Of a stretch of 64,000 bases of DNA, positions 32,354 to 44,815 are shown one piece after another. The stretch is from the NCBI GenBank assembly GCA_963828255.1, contig CAWHDZ010000028.1:8489-72488 (forward strand), given 5' to 3'. Made by a program: the position numbers and the translations under genes. The notes beneath the pieces were generated by a model that made no database searches, had not been told where the DNA came from, and saw only the letters and a program-made list of their open reading frames with translations. The stretch's first letter is position 1, and every line of letters begins with the position of its first letter. The DNA is from an uncultured delta proteobacterium. Lineage in GTDB: Bacteria; Myxococcota; Myxococcia; Myxococcales; Anaeromyxobacteraceae.

Positions 32354-33235
32354 TCAGGGAGCCGAGGAGAAGGTGTCGCAGGCGTCGAGCCGGCCGCTCT
32401 CGAGCCCCTTCCGGAACCAGTGGCTTCGCTGGGCCGACGAGCCGTGGGTGAAGGTCTCCGGCGAGGCCCGGCCCCCCGAGCGCTGCTGGAGCCGGTCGTC
32501 CCCCACCGCGGCCGCCGCACGGAGCCCGGATTCCAGATCTCCCGGGTCGAGGAGTTGCCGCTCCTGGGCAGACCGGGCCCACACCCCCGCCAGACAGTCG
32601 GCCTGGAGCTCCATCTTCACCGAAAGTGAATTCCGGCTCGCCGGGTCCCGTTGCTGGGCCGCGCGGACCTTCGCCTCGATGCCGAGCACGTTCTGCAGGT
32701 GGTGCCCCACCTCGTGGGCGATCACGTAGGCCTGGGCGAACTCCCCGGGCGCGCCGAAGCGGGTGGCCAGCTCCCGGTAGAAGCCGAGGTCGATGTAGAC
32801 CTTCTCGTCGGCCGGGCAGTAGAAGGGGCCCATCTCCGCGCCCGCCTGGCCGCAGCCGGAGCGGGTCTGGTCCCAGAAGAGCACGAGCGTCGCCTCGGGG
32901 TAGCCGCCCTGCCTGCGCGCCAGCTTGGTCGACCAGGTGCGCTGCGCGTCGTTGAAGGAGGCGACCGCGGTGCGCTCCAGCTGCCTCTCGGCGGCCTGGC
33001 GCCGGTCCACCTGGGCCGAGGAGGCCGGCGGGGAGGGCGCCGCCGCCGGGACTCCCGCCGGCGACGCGCCGAGGTCCGCGAAGAGGTCGCGGCCGAACAC
33101 CAGGGAGAGCGCCAGGACGATCACGGTGCCGCCGAGGCCGAGGCGGACGCCGCTTCCGCCCATCGGAGAGCCCCCGCCGCCCGACCCGCGGCGGTCCTCC
33201 ACGTTGCTGCGATCGCCGTCGTCGTCGAGTCGCAC
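32354..33235 (-). CDS. Neutral zinc metallopeptidase (YpfJ-like)
   Basis: SNVEDRRG, GPFYCPAD, AYVIAHEVGHHLQ, ELQADC, FTHGSSAQR. Confidence 0.92.
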   Translation of the reverse strand: MRLDDDGDRSNVEDRRGSGGGGSPMGGSGVRLGLGGTVIVLALSLVFGRDLFADLGASPAGVPAAAPSPPASSAQVDRRQAAERQLERTAVASFNDAQRTWSTKLARRQGGYPEATLVLFWDQTRSGCGQAGAEMGPFYCPADEKVYIDLGFYRELATRFGAPGEFAQAYVIAHEVGHHLQNVLGIEAKVRAAQQRDPASRNSLSVKMELQADCLAGVWARSAQERQLLDPGDLESGLRAAAAVGDDRLQQRSGGRASPETFTHGSSAQRSHWFRKGLESGRLDACDTFSSAP

Positions 33236-33250
33236 GGTTCCTCGGATCCG

Positions 33251-34297
33251 TCAGAACGCCCGCTCGGTGAGCATCACCGCGGCCTCGACCAGCGCGCGTC
33301 GGTGCACGCCGTCGGGCAGGGTCTCGAGCGCGGCGAGCGCCCCCCGGGTGTGCTCGCGGGCCAGCGCCCGCGCCGCCTCGACGCCCCCGGTTCGCTTCAC
33401 GGCGGCGATGACCTCGAGGCAGATCGCGTCGGTGGGGTCGGCGCCGTCGGCGATGGGGGCGAGCCGGGCGTGCAGGGCGGGCTCGGAGAGGAGGGCGCGA
33501 ATGAGGGGCAGCGTGGCCTTCCCCTCCACCAGGTCGGCTCCGAGCCGCTTGCCCAGCTTCTCGGGGTCGGCGGCGTAGTCGAGGGCGTCGTCCACCAGCT
33601 GGAACGCGGTGCCGATGCCCTCGCCGAACCGGGAGAGCGCGGCCGGGATGGCGCCCTCCTGGCCGGCGGCCCACCCGCCCGAAGCGCAGGCCCAGCCGAA
33701 GAGCGAGGCGGTCTTTCCCTCGATGACCTGGAAGTAGTCCTGCTCGGTGGCGCGGAAGCCGCCGCGGAGCGAGAGTTGCTTCACCTCTCCCTCGACCAGG
33801 CGCCGCATGGTGGAGAGGAGGGCCGGGAGCGCACGTGCGGCGGCGGGGTGGCCCGCGGTGATCTCGAGCGAACGGGTGAGGAGCCAGTCGCCGGCCAGCA
33901 CCGAGACGGTGTTCCCCCAGATGACGCGCGAGGCGGGCATGCCGCGCCGCAGCGGGCCGTCGTCGATCACGTCGTCGTGGAGCAGCGTGGCCGAGTGGGT
34001 CAGCTCGGCGGCCACGCCGAAGGGAACCGCGGCCGACATGTCGCCGCCGCTGGCGCCGCAGGCGAGGAGCGCCACCGTGGGGCGGATGCGCTTGCCACCG
34101 GCCGCCACGAGGTGGCGGGCGGCCGCCTGCAGCGTGGCCTCGGCGTCGGAGGTGGCCCGGGTGAGCTGGACCTCCAGCGCACCGAGCTCGTCGAAGAGGC
34201 GGGGGACCTGCGCGAGGGCGGCCTGGGCCTTCTCGGGCCGGGCGCCGCGCCGGGCGGCGTCCTCCAGCTGCTCGCGGATCACGTTGTCGTTCGCCAC
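33251..34297 (-). CDS. Long-chain polyprenyl diphosphate synthase (IspB/HepT family)
   Basis: GGKRIRP, LLHDDVIDD...RRG, GKTASLF, AFQLVDDALD. Confidence 0.92.
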   Translation of the reverse strand: MANDNVIREQLEDAARRGARPEKAQAALAQVPRLFDELGALEVQLTRATSDAEATLQAAARHLVAAGGKRIRPTVALLACGASGGDMSAAVPFGVAAELTHSATLLHDDVIDDGPLRRGMPASRVIWGNTVSVLAGDWLLTRSLEITAGHPAAARALPALLSTMRRLVEGEVKQLSLRGGFRATEQDYFQVIEGKTASLFGWACASGGWAAGQEGAIPAALSRFGEGIGTAFQLVDDALDYAADPEKLGKRLGADLVEGKATLPLIRALLSEPALHARLAPIADGADPTDAICLEVIAAVKRTGGVEAARALAREHTRGALAALETLPDGVHRRALVEAAVMLTERAF

Positions 34298-34314
34298 TGA
34301 CGGCGCGATATAGC

Positions 34315-35472
34315 ATGACCGCGCCTGCCCCGGGAGGTCCCGCGCTGTCCGATCGTGTCCGACGAATGACCACCGCCCTGCTGCTTGCCGCCTGCGGGAC
34401 CGCGGCGGCGTCGCCCGGCCAGGAGCCGCTGGGCGTCCGCACCCCGGGCTCGCTCCGCGACCTCTTCCTCGACGTGGTGCAGTGGGATGCGCGCGCCGTG
34501 ACCGCGCTCCGGCTCGACATGGGATGGGCCGTGGCCAACGACTGGAGCACGCCCACCACGCTCACCCGGGACGGGCAGGTCGTGCAGGTGCGGCTCGACG
34601 AGCAGGCCGACTCCCTCACCGCCGCGATCCGCGTGCCCTGGGGGGCGGTCCTGGGGTCGCCGGAGGGGTCGTTCCTGCGCCGGCTGGCGACCGCGCTCGA
34701 GATCCGGGGAACCGTGCACTGGGGCGGGTGGAGCGACCCGGTCATCGACGCCTGGCACCGGGTCTTCGCCTACAACGACTTCGCCCGGCCCACCTTCCCC
34801 GCGAACGAGATCCACCTGGCGCTCCACCCCGCCCCCGGCACGGGCCCGGTGGACCTGGGCCAGGCCACCTTCGCCTTCGGAGACGTGGTGCTGCGGAACC
34901 AGCTGCTCCTCTGGGAGGGCGGGGAGCCTCTCCGGGAGGGGCCGGGGGCGCGGGCCGGGGTCTCCCTGCGACTCGACGTGAAGATCCCCACCGGGTCGCT
35001 CTCGCGCATGGGCGGCTCGGGGGGATGGGACCTGGGGCTCGCCCTGCTCGGCACCTGGCAGGCCACCCCCTGGCTGGTCGGGCACGCCATCGTCACCGGA
35101 TCGCTCAGGTCGCCCATGGCGGGCGGCCTGCCGCTGCAGCCGCGCACCTGGCAGGGCAGCGCCGGGTTCTCGCTGGCGGTCCTCCTGGGCGGGTGGTCGC
35201 TCCTGCTGGAGGACCGCTGGGCCACCGCCCCCTTCCAGGCCGGCTGGGGCTTCGTCGAGGTGAACCCGGAGTGGAATCTGCAGTCGAGCGCCTTCGCCGC
35301 GGTGACCCTCCCGCAGAACCAGATCACCGGCGGGGTGCGCTACGGCCCCGTCACCTTCTGGTTCCAGGAGGACTTCACCATCGGATACGTCCCGGGGCTG
35401 GGGCCGACCTGGTTCCACGACTCGAACGCCCCCGACGTCGCCATGGGGCTCACGCTCACCCTCCGGCCCTGA
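34315..35472 (+). CDS. Putative outer-membrane beta-barrel protein (DUF3187-like)
   Basis: Signal peptide-like segment, GGWSDPVIDAWHRVF, KIPTG..S...GSGGWD, alternating beta strands. Start may be 34366. Confidence 0.65.
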   Translation: MTAPAPGGPALSDRVRRMTTALLLAACGTAAASPGQEPLGVRTPGSLRDLFLDVVQWDARAVTALRLDMGWAVANDWSTPTTLTRDGQVVQVRLDEQADSLTAAIRVPWGAVLGSPEGSFLRRLATALEIRGTVHWGGWSDPVIDAWHRVFAYNDFARPTFPANEIHLALHPAPGTGPVDLGQATFAFGDVVLRNQLLLWEGGEPLREGPGARAGVSLRLDVKIPTGSLSRMGGSGGWDLGLALLGTWQATPWLVGHAIVTGSLRSPMAGGLPLQPRTWQGSAGFSLAVLLGGWSLLLEDRWATAPFQAGWGFVEVNPEWNLQSSAFAAVTLPQNQITGGVRYGPVTFWFQEDFTIGYVPGLGPTWFHDSNAPDVAMGLTLTLRP

Positions 35473-35503
35473 AGCCGCCGCGGCGGCGTGCTACGGTCGT
35501 CCC

Positions 35504-36247
35504 GTGTCCTGGGTCAAGCTCGTCCTCTCCTACGACGGCACCCGCTACGTGGGCTGGCAGCTCCAGGCCAACGGGCCGTCGATCCAGGCCGAGGTGGAGC
35601 GGGCGCTCACCGTCCTCCACAAGGAGCCGGTGCGCGTGACCGCGGCGGGGCGCACCGACTCCGGCGTCCACGCCCTCGGGCAGGTGGCGAGCTTCGCGGT
35701 GGAGCACCCCATCCCGGTGACGGCCTACGTGAAGGGGATGAACGCCCACCTGCCGGAGGACATCGCGGTTCGCGAGGCCGAGGTCCGCGGGTCGCCCTTC
35801 GACGCGCGGCGCGACGCGCGGGGCAAGCGCTACCGCTACCGGATCGAGAACCTCCCCACGCGCCATCCGCTGGGCAGGCTGCAGGCCTGGCAGGTCTTCC
35901 GCCCCCTCGACGTCGCCGCCATGCGGGCCGCCGCCGCACCGCTCCTGGGCCGGCACGACTTCGGCGCCTTCCGGGCCGCCGACTGCGACGCCGCGCACGC
36001 GGTGCGCGAGCTGCGACGGCTCGAGGTCCAGGAAGGGCCGGAGGGGCGCATCGAGGTGGTGGCCGAGGCCACCGCCTTCCTGAAGCACATGGTGCGCAAT
36101 CTCGTGGGGACGCTCGTCGAGGTCGGCCTGGGAGCCCGGAGCGCCGGATCGATGGAGGACGTGCTGCGGAGCCGCGACCGGAAGCTCTCGGGCCGGACCG
36201 CGCCGCCGCAGGGGCTGGTGCTCGACCGGGTCTTCTACGACGAGTGA
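35504..36247 (+). CDS. truA: tRNA pseudouridine(38-40) synthase
   Basis: YDGTRYVGWQLQ, AGRTDSGVHALGQ, AFLKHMVRNLVG, TAPPQGL. Confidence 0.96.
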   Translation: MSWVKLVLSYDGTRYVGWQLQANGPSIQAEVERALTVLHKEPVRVTAAGRTDSGVHALGQVASFAVEHPIPVTAYVKGMNAHLPEDIAVREAEVRGSPFDARRDARGKRYRYRIENLPTRHPLGRLQAWQVFRPLDVAAMRAAAAPLLGRHDFGAFRAADCDAAHAVRELRRLEVQEGPEGRIEVVAEATAFLKHMVRNLVGTLVEVGLGARSAGSMEDVLRSRDRKLSGRTAPPQGLVLDRVFYDE

Positions 36248-36263
36248 AGAGGAGCCCGGCCCC

Positions 36264-37040
36264 TCACCTGGCCGGCGCGCCCATTCCCAGCGCCTGGGAG
36301 ATCTCCCGGGCCTTGGCCTGGAGGATGCGGGCGTTGCGCGGCCCCATCCGCAGGATCTGCTTCTCCACGTCGCCGAGCCCCTCCAGTGACGGATCGGCGA
36401 AGGCCCAGGTGGCGCCCGTTCCCTCCACCACCGCGACCTCCCCGTCGCGGACCGGGCTCACCTCGATGCGGTGGAGCGCCCGCGCCGCCGCCTTGTCGAT
36501 CGAGCCGTCCGGGTAGCCGAGGGCGCGGTAGGCGGCCTCCAGCGCCGGGCGCAGCGCGGCGTAGGCGATGACGAACGCGTCCACGTTCACCGAGGCCACC
36601 GCGTCTCCCACGGTGTCGAAGCGGGAGTACGACTGCGGGTCGATGGAGGCCTTCCCGTCCCGGCGCACCACCGCGAAGGCGCCCTTGGGTGCGAGGGTCT
36701 CGAGCTGCTTGCGCGGCACCATGTCGTTGGCCAGGTTCTCGACCGCCACGGCCCAGCGGCGCGCCACGTCGGGCGCGACGAGGAGCCCGCGGAGCAAGGG
36801 GTTCGCCGACACGGCCTCGAGGAGGGAGAGCTGCCTGGCCGGGTCCACCGCCGGGCCGGTCGCCCCGGCAGGAGCCTCGACCGCCGGAGGCGCCGCCGCC
36901 CCGGGGGCGGGTGGAGGCGGGGTCGCGCCGAGGAACCACCAGAGCCCGCCAGCGGCGGCCACGACCACCCCGAGCCCGGCGAGCACCAGCGGAACCGCGC
37001 TGGGCGGGCGAATCGAGGTCTTCGGTCTCTCCGATTCCAT
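36264..37040 (-). CDS. DUF3014-like membrane-anchored protein
   Basis: N-terminal TM helix; SYSRFD, AYRALGYP, FADPSLEGL...KQILRMGPRN; GGGAG RBS. Confidence 0.8.
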   Translation of the reverse strand: MESERPKTSIRPPSAVPLVLAGLGVVVAAAGGLWWFLGATPPPPAPGAAAPPAVEAPAGATGPAVDPARQLSLLEAVSANPLLRGLLVAPDVARRWAVAVENLANDMVPRKQLETLAPKGAFAVVRRDGKASIDPQSYSRFDTVGDAVASVNVDAFVIAYAALRPALEAAYRALGYPDGSIDKAAARALHRIEVSPVRDGEVAVVEGTGATWAFADPSLEGLGDVEKQILRMGPRNARILQAKAREISQALGMGAPAR

Positions 37041-37109
37041 GTGTGCTCCCTCCCCTTCGGTGAACCCTCCGGCGCTGGCGCGAATTCTCCCTCGAATCGC
37101 CTCCGACGG

Positions 37110-37144
37110 AAACGACGAGGCCGGCGGCTCTCGCCACCGGCCCC
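37110..37144 (-). terminator. Intrinsic terminator-like hairpin
   Basis: Minus strand GGGGCCGGUGGC-GAGA-GCCGCCGGCCUC then GUCGUUU; 12-bp stem with two G-U pairs that form only on the minus strand; GNRA loop. Confidence 0.7.
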
Positions 37145-37265
37145 GAAGGTCTTGGGTCTATGAGAGGGCTCGCGTCTACCTGGACTCCTTTGGGATCGTT
37201 TTCCGGATCCAGGAGCAAGCCCCGTTCCGAAACCACGCCTCCTGGAACGCCAGCAATGTCAGCTG
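37110..37265 (-). ncRNA. Candidate structured sRNA or cis-regulatory leader
   Basis: Consecutive hairpins at 37223-37249, 37166-37222 and 37117-37144; promoter-like TTGCAC-N16-CATTTT upstream; lower GC than the flanks. Confidence 0.5.
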
Positions 37266-37328
37266 GTTGAAAAATGCGACTGCTCGAAACCCGTGCAAGG
37301 GGAGTGGAGAATCGGGGCACCACGCCCC

Positions 37329-39965
<2,637 letters not shown>

Positions 39966-40030
39966 ACCCCGGAAGCGTAAGGCCTCGGGCATGCATGGCA
40001 AGCGCCGTCCCGGGCCATTAGGGGTCGAGG

Positions 40031-41122
40031 GTGAACGACCCATCCAGGACGAGTGCAGCGCTGCCGGCGGTCCTCTCCGTGGGGCGTGCGCTCCCCGGGA
40101 ACTACGCCGACCAGGAGACCCTGACCGCGGCGCTCCGCGCCCACTGGGCCGCGCAGCACTTCAACGCCGACCGGCTCGAGGAGCTGCACCGGGCGGTCAA
40201 GGTGAAGGGTCGCCACCTCGCGCTGCCGCTCGCCGGGTACCCGGCGCTCGACACCTTCAAGAAGTCGAACGACGCCTGGATCCGGGTGGCCGAGGAGCTC
40301 GGCGCCGAGGCGGTCATGCGGGCCCTCGACGACGCCGGGCTCCGGCCGGCCGACGTGGACCAGCTGGTCTTCGTGACCGTCACCGGCCTGGCCACCCCCT
40401 CCATCGACGCGAAGCTGGTGAACCGGCTCGGGCTGCGGCGCGACGTGAAGCGGGTCCCCATCTTCGGGCTGGGCTGCGTCGCCGGCGCCGCCGGCCTGGC
40501 GCGCCTCTCCGATCTCATGTCCAGCACTCCGGGAGGGGTCGGGATCCTCCTCTCGGTGGAGCTCTGCTCGCTCACCCTGCAGCGCGACGACCTCTCGGTG
40601 GCCAACGCGGTGGCCTCGGGGATCTTCGGGGACGGCGCCGCGGCGGTGGTCCTGGCCGGATGTTCACGAAAAGTGAAAGCGACCCCGCGCCCGCGCGTGG
40701 TGGCCACCCGGGCCGCCTTCTACCCCGACACCGAGTGGGTCATGGGCTGGGACTTCCGCGACACCGGCTTCCAGGTGGTGCTCTCCGCCGAGGTCCCCCG
40801 CGTCACCCGCGAGAACATCGCCGGCGACGTGGACGGGTTCCTGGCGTCGCAGGGGCTCGGGCGCGGGGACGTGCGCCACTGGATTGCCCACACCGGGGGG
40901 CCCAAGGTGCTCGAGGCCTTCCAGTCCGCCCTGGCCCTTCCCGACGGGGCGCTGCGGCGCTCCTGGAGGTCGCTCGAGGAGGTGGGCAACCTCTCATCGG
41001 CCTCGGTGCTCTTCGTGCTCGGCGACCTCCTCGATTCGGGCGAGCCCAGGCCCGGGGATCTGGGGCTGGTCGTCGCCATGGGGCCCGGATTCTGCGCGGA
41101 GATGGTACTCCTCCGGTGGTGA
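40031..41122 (+). CDS. Type III polyketide synthase
   Basis: Cys-His-Asn triad: [24 protein letters not shown]; also FGDGAAA and MGPGF. Confidence 0.93.
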   Translation: MNDPSRTSAALPAVLSVGRALPGNYADQETLTAALRAHWAAQHFNADRLEELHRAVKVKGRHLALPLAGYPALDTFKKSNDAWIRVAEELGAEAVMRALDDAGLRPADVDQLVFVTVTGLATPSIDAKLVNRLGLRRDVKRVPIFGLGCVAGAAGLARLSDLMSSTPGGVGILLSVELCSLTLQRDDLSVANAVASGIFGDGAAAVVLAGCSRKVKATPRPRVVATRAAFYPDTEWVMGWDFRDTGFQVVLSAEVPRVTRENIAGDVDGFLASQGLGRGDVRHWIAHTGGPKVLEAFQSALALPDGALRRSWRSLEEVGNLSSASVLFVLGDLLDSGEPRPGDLGLVVAMGPGFCAEMVLLRW

Positions 41123-41135
41123 GAGGGATCGGCGC

Positions 41136-41687
41136 GTGACCGCACTCTGGGCCTATCTGGCGCTTCTCGGTCTCGTGGCGGCCGAGCGGGGGGCCGAGCT
41201 CTCGGTCTCGAACCGCAACGCCCGCGCCCTGCTCTCCCGCGGTGGGAAGGAGAGCGGCCGCGGGGTCTATCTGGTGATGGTGGCCTTCCACGCCCTCTTC
41301 CTCCCGGTGCTGGCGCTCGGCGCCATCGCCTACCGGGAGCCGCCCTCCACCTGGGCCCTCCTCGCCGTGGCCGGGGCCTTCGCCGCCCAGGGGCTGCGCT
41401 GGTGGGCGGTCCGCACGCTGGGCGACCGCTGGAGCACCCGGGTCATCGTGCTCCCGAAGGCCAGGCCGGTCACCGGCGGCCCCTACCGCTTCCTGCGCCA
41501 TCCCAACTACCTGGCGGTGATCGTGGAGATGGCCTGCCTTCCGCTGGCCTGGGGCATGTGGCGCCTGGCCATCCTGTTCACCCTGGGGAACGCCGCGATC
41601 CTGTACTTCCGCATCCGCGAGGAGGAGCGGGCGCTCGGCCCGGAATGGAGCCGCGCCTTCGAGGGGAAGGGGAGGTTCGTGCCGTGA
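41136..41687 (+). CDS. Isoprenylcysteine carboxyl methyltransferase-family protein (SrsB-like O-methyltransferase)
   Basis: [47 protein letters not shown]. Confidence 0.9.
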   Translation: MTALWAYLALLGLVAAERGAELSVSNRNARALLSRGGKESGRGVYLVMVAFHALFLPVLALGAIAYREPPSTWALLAVAGAFAAQGLRWWAVRTLGDRWSTRVIVLPKARPVTGGPYRFLRHPNYLAVIVEMACLPLAWGMWRLAILFTLGNAAILYFRIREEERALGPEWSRAFEGKGRFVP

Positions 41688-41956
41688 CCGCGCCGCCCGG
41701 CCCGACCCCACGCGAGCGGGAGGTGGCCGCCGAGATCCGGCGCATCGTCCGGGAGCAGCTGCACGCGCGGACCGAGTTCGGCGACGACGAGGAGCTGGCC
41801 TCCCGACTCGACTCGCTGGCGCTGCTCTCGCTCGTGGTCGCGGTCGAGGACCGTTTCCGCATCCTGCTCACCGACGAGGACGCCGCCAGGGCCCGCTCGC
41901 TCTCCGAACTGGCCCGGGTCGTCGCCGCGCGCTCCACGGTGCAGGTGGCGCCGTGA
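41684..41956 (+). CDS. Acyl carrier protein
   Basis: LDSL phosphopantetheine motif, VAVEDRFRI; GTGA overlaps on both sides. Confidence 0.88.
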   Translation: MTAPPGPTPREREVAAEIRRIVREQLHARTEFGDDEELASRLDSLALLSLVVAVEDRFRILLTDEDAARARSLSELARVVAARSTVQVAP

Positions 41957-43659
41957 ACCGGCTGCGGGGCCCTCCGGCGCCCGTCCCGCGCCACCAGGGG
42001 GTGGCCGCCATGCTCTCGGCGGCGGCCCGCCACCCCTCCGGCGTCACCTTCGTGGGGCTGCGCGAGGAGGAGACCCGCCTCTCCTGGGCCGAGGTGGACG
42101 CACGGGCCCGCCGCGCCGCCGGGGCGCTCGTGGCCCGCGGCGTCCGCGCCGGCGACCGGGTGGCCATCGTGCTCCGCACCGAGCCCGCCTTCCTCGACGC
42201 CTTCTTCGGCGCGCTGCACGCCGGGGCGGTGCCGGTCCCGCTCTACCCGCCGGTGCGGCTCGGGCGCATGGACGAGTACGTGCTGGCCACCGCGCGCATG
42301 CTGCGGGTGTCGGGGACGCGCGCGCTGGTCACCACGGGGGGCTTGGCCCGGGTCATCGGCCGGGCCGTGGCCGAGGCCGGGCCGGGCCTGGATCTCGGGG
42401 TGGTGGACGCGTCCGGTCTCGGGGAGGGGCGGGAGACCTCCGCGCCCCGCGCCGGCGGCGACCTGGCCCTCGTCCAGTTCTCCTCCGGATCGACGGTGGA
42501 TCCCAGGCCGGTGGCCCTTTCCCACGCCGCCCTGGTCGCCCAGGTCGATTCACTCGTGGTCATCGTGCAGCCGACGCCGCACGACGTGCTCGTCTCCTGG
42601 CTGCCGCTGTACCACGACATGGGGCTCATCGGCTGCCTGCTCGGCGCGGTCTCCTACCCGGGGCCGCTCGTGCTCATCCCGCCCGAGCACTTCCTGGCCC
42701 GCCCGGCCCTCTGGCCGCGCGCGGTGGCCCGCCACCGCGGGACCATCTCGGCGGCGCCCCACTTCGCCTACGCCTTCGCCGCCGACCGGGTGCGCGACGC
42801 CGACATGGCCGGGCTCTCGCTCGCCTCCTGGCGCATCGCCCTCGACGGCGCCGAGCCGGTCACCACCGGCGCGCTGCGGCGCTTCGCCGAACGCTTCGCC
42901 CCCTCCGGCCTCGATCCCGGGGTCCTCATGCCGGTCTACGGGCTCTCCGAGGCGGCGCTGGCCGTGACCTTCTCCCCGCCCGGGCGGCCGCCACGCGTCG
43001 AGGATGGCGCGGTCTCGGTGGGCCTGCCCATACCCGGGGTGGAGGTGGAGGTGCGCGGCGAGGACGGGGGCGCGCTGCCGGAGCGGCGCCCCGGCCGCAT
43101 CCACGTGCGCGGCCCCTCGCTCATGCAGGGCTACCTGGGCGACGCCGCCGCCACCGCCCTGGCGCTGCGCGACGGGTGGCTCGACACCGGCGACCTGGGC
43201 TTCCACGCCGGCGGCGAGCTCTTCGTGCGCGGCCGGGCCAAGGACGTCGTCATCGTGCGGGGTGCGAACCACGCCCCGGAGGAGTTCGAGGCCTGCCTGG
43301 GGGCCGTCGAGGGGCTGCGCCCCGGCTGCGCGGTGGCGCTGGGCTTCGTGCCCGAGGGAGGCGACGGCGAGGAGCTCCTGGTGCTGGCCGAGCGGACCCG
43401 CGCCTTCCGGGGCGACCCGGCCGCGCTCGTCGAGGCGGTGCGCGAGGCGGTCTCGTCGCGGTCCGGCGTGCGCCCCCACACCGTGCGGATCCTCGAGCCC
43501 GGGACCCTGCCCCGCACCTCCAGCGGCAAGATGCGCCGCGGCGAGGCGCTGCGCCGCTTCCAGGCGGGGAAGCTCCTCCCTCCACGCAAGGTGAATGTCC
43601 TCTCGCTGGTGCGGGAGGTGCTGGCCGGCCGGCTCGCCCGGGCCAGGGCCCGGAGGTGA
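41953..43659 (+). CDS. Fatty acyl-AMP ligase
   Basis: QFSSGST, SWLPLYHDMGLIG, VYGLSEAALAVT, DTGDLGF, LPRTSSGK. Confidence 0.92.
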   Translation: MNRLRGPPAPVPRHQGVAAMLSAAARHPSGVTFVGLREEETRLSWAEVDARARRAAGALVARGVRAGDRVAIVLRTEPAFLDAFFGALHAGAVPVPLYPPVRLGRMDEYVLATARMLRVSGTRALVTTGGLARVIGRAVAEAGPGLDLGVVDASGLGEGRETSAPRAGGDLALVQFSSGSTVDPRPVALSHAALVAQVDSLVVIVQPTPHDVLVSWLPLYHDMGLIGCLLGAVSYPGPLVLIPPEHFLARPALWPRAVARHRGTISAAPHFAYAFAADRVRDADMAGLSLASWRIALDGAEPVTTGALRRFAERFAPSGLDPGVLMPVYGLSEAALAVTFSPPGRPPRVEDGAVSVGLPIPGVEVEVRGEDGGALPERRPGRIHVRGPSLMQGYLGDAAATALALRDGWLDTGDLGFHAGGELFVRGRAKDVVIVRGANHAPEEFEACLGAVEGLRPGCAVALGFVPEGGDGEELLVLAERTRAFRGDPAALVEAVREAVSSRSGVRPHTVRILEPGTLPRTSSGKMRRGEALRRFQAGKLLPPRKVNVLSLVREVLAGRLARARARR

Positions 43660-43660
43660 C

Positions 43661-44746
43661 GTGAGGGACGTGATCGTCGTCGGCGGCGGCCCGGCTGGGC
43701 TCTCGGCGGCCGCCGCGGTGGCGGCGCGGGGGCTCGACGTGGTCGTCCTGGAGCGGCGGGAGCTGCCCGCCGACAAGGCCTGCGGCGAGGGGCTCCTCCC
43801 CGGAGGCGTCCGGGCGCTCGAGGCGCTGGGCGCGCTGCGCCACCTCGACCCGGGAGGCTGGTCCCCGCTGCGGGCCATCCGCTGGATCCAGGAGGATGGG
43901 CGCCTTGCCGAGGCGCGCCTGCCCTCGCCGGGCGGGATGGGGATCCGGCGGCTGGCGCTCTCCGCGGCGCTCTCGGCCCGGGCGCGCGAGGCCGGGGCCG
44001 AGGTTCGCGACGGGGCCGGGGTGGAGTCGCACCGGCGCGACGGCGACGGCGTGACGGTCCGTCTCGCGTCGGGCGAGGAGCTGCGGGCCCGCTTCCTCGT
44101 GGCCGCCGACGGGCTCTCCTCGGCGGTCCGGGAGCGGGAGGGGCTCGACCGGCCGGCGGCCACGCCCCGCCGCTTCGGCCTGCGGCGACACTTCGCGATC
44201 GATCCCTGGACCGACGCGGTCGAGGTCCACTTCTCGCCCGGAGTCGAGGCCTACGTCACCCCGGCGGGAGCGCGGCGGGTGGGGCTGGCCTTCCTCTTCG
44301 AGGAGGGGATCGCGTCCGGCTTCGACACGCTCCTGGCGCGCTTCCCGGCGCTCGCCTCCCGCCTCGCCGGTGCGCCCTTCGACTCGGCGCTGGCCGGGGT
44401 GGGCCCCCTGGGGAGGAACGCGTCGGCCCGCATCGCCGACCGGCTCGTCCTCGCCGGTGACGCCGGCGGGTACGTGGACGCCATCACCGGCGAGGGGGTG
44501 TCGCTCGCGCTGCTGGAGGCCGTGCTCCTGGGGGCGCTCCTCCCGGACGCCCTCTCCCGGGGAGCCAACCGGGAGGCGCTCCTGCCCTGGGATCGGGCGG
44601 TCCGGGCCCGCCACCGGCGCCACGCCGCGGTGACGCGACTCGTCCTGGGGATGGCGCGCCGTCCGGCCGTTCGACGCAGCGCGGTGGCGCTGCTCGGACG
44701 GGCCCCGCGCCTCTTCGACGTCCTGGTGGCCGGGGCGGTCGGTTGA
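43661..44746 (+). CDS. FAD-dependent monooxygenase/oxidoreductase (SrsC-like)
   Basis: VVGGGPAG, DKACGEGL, AADG, EAYVTP, GDAGGYVDAITGEG. Confidence 0.9.
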   Translation: MRDVIVVGGGPAGLSAAAAVAARGLDVVVLERRELPADKACGEGLLPGGVRALEALGALRHLDPGGWSPLRAIRWIQEDGRLAEARLPSPGGMGIRRLALSAALSARAREAGAEVRDGAGVESHRRDGDGVTVRLASGEELRARFLVAADGLSSAVREREGLDRPAATPRRFGLRRHFAIDPWTDAVEVHFSPGVEAYVTPAGARRVGLAFLFEEGIASGFDTLLARFPALASRLAGAPFDSALAGVGPLGRNASARIADRLVLAGDAGGYVDAITGEGVSLALLEAVLLGALLPDALSRGANREALLPWDRAVRARHRRHAAVTRLVLGMARRPAVRRSAVALLGRAPRLFDVLVAGAVG

Positions 44747-44815
44747 TCGCCCCCGAGATTCGAGCGCAAGCGCGCCGGTCCGTGGTTAACTGAGCCCCTT
44801 TCAACGGAGGCAACA

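Noticed and set aside
37110..37265. Considered SRP RNA, tRNA, tmRNA, 6S or retron msr/msd identity for the structured region
   Set aside because: Lacks the SRP core motif, a cloverleaf/CCA end, tmRNA length and end-to-end 6S pairing; no reverse transcriptase in the window.
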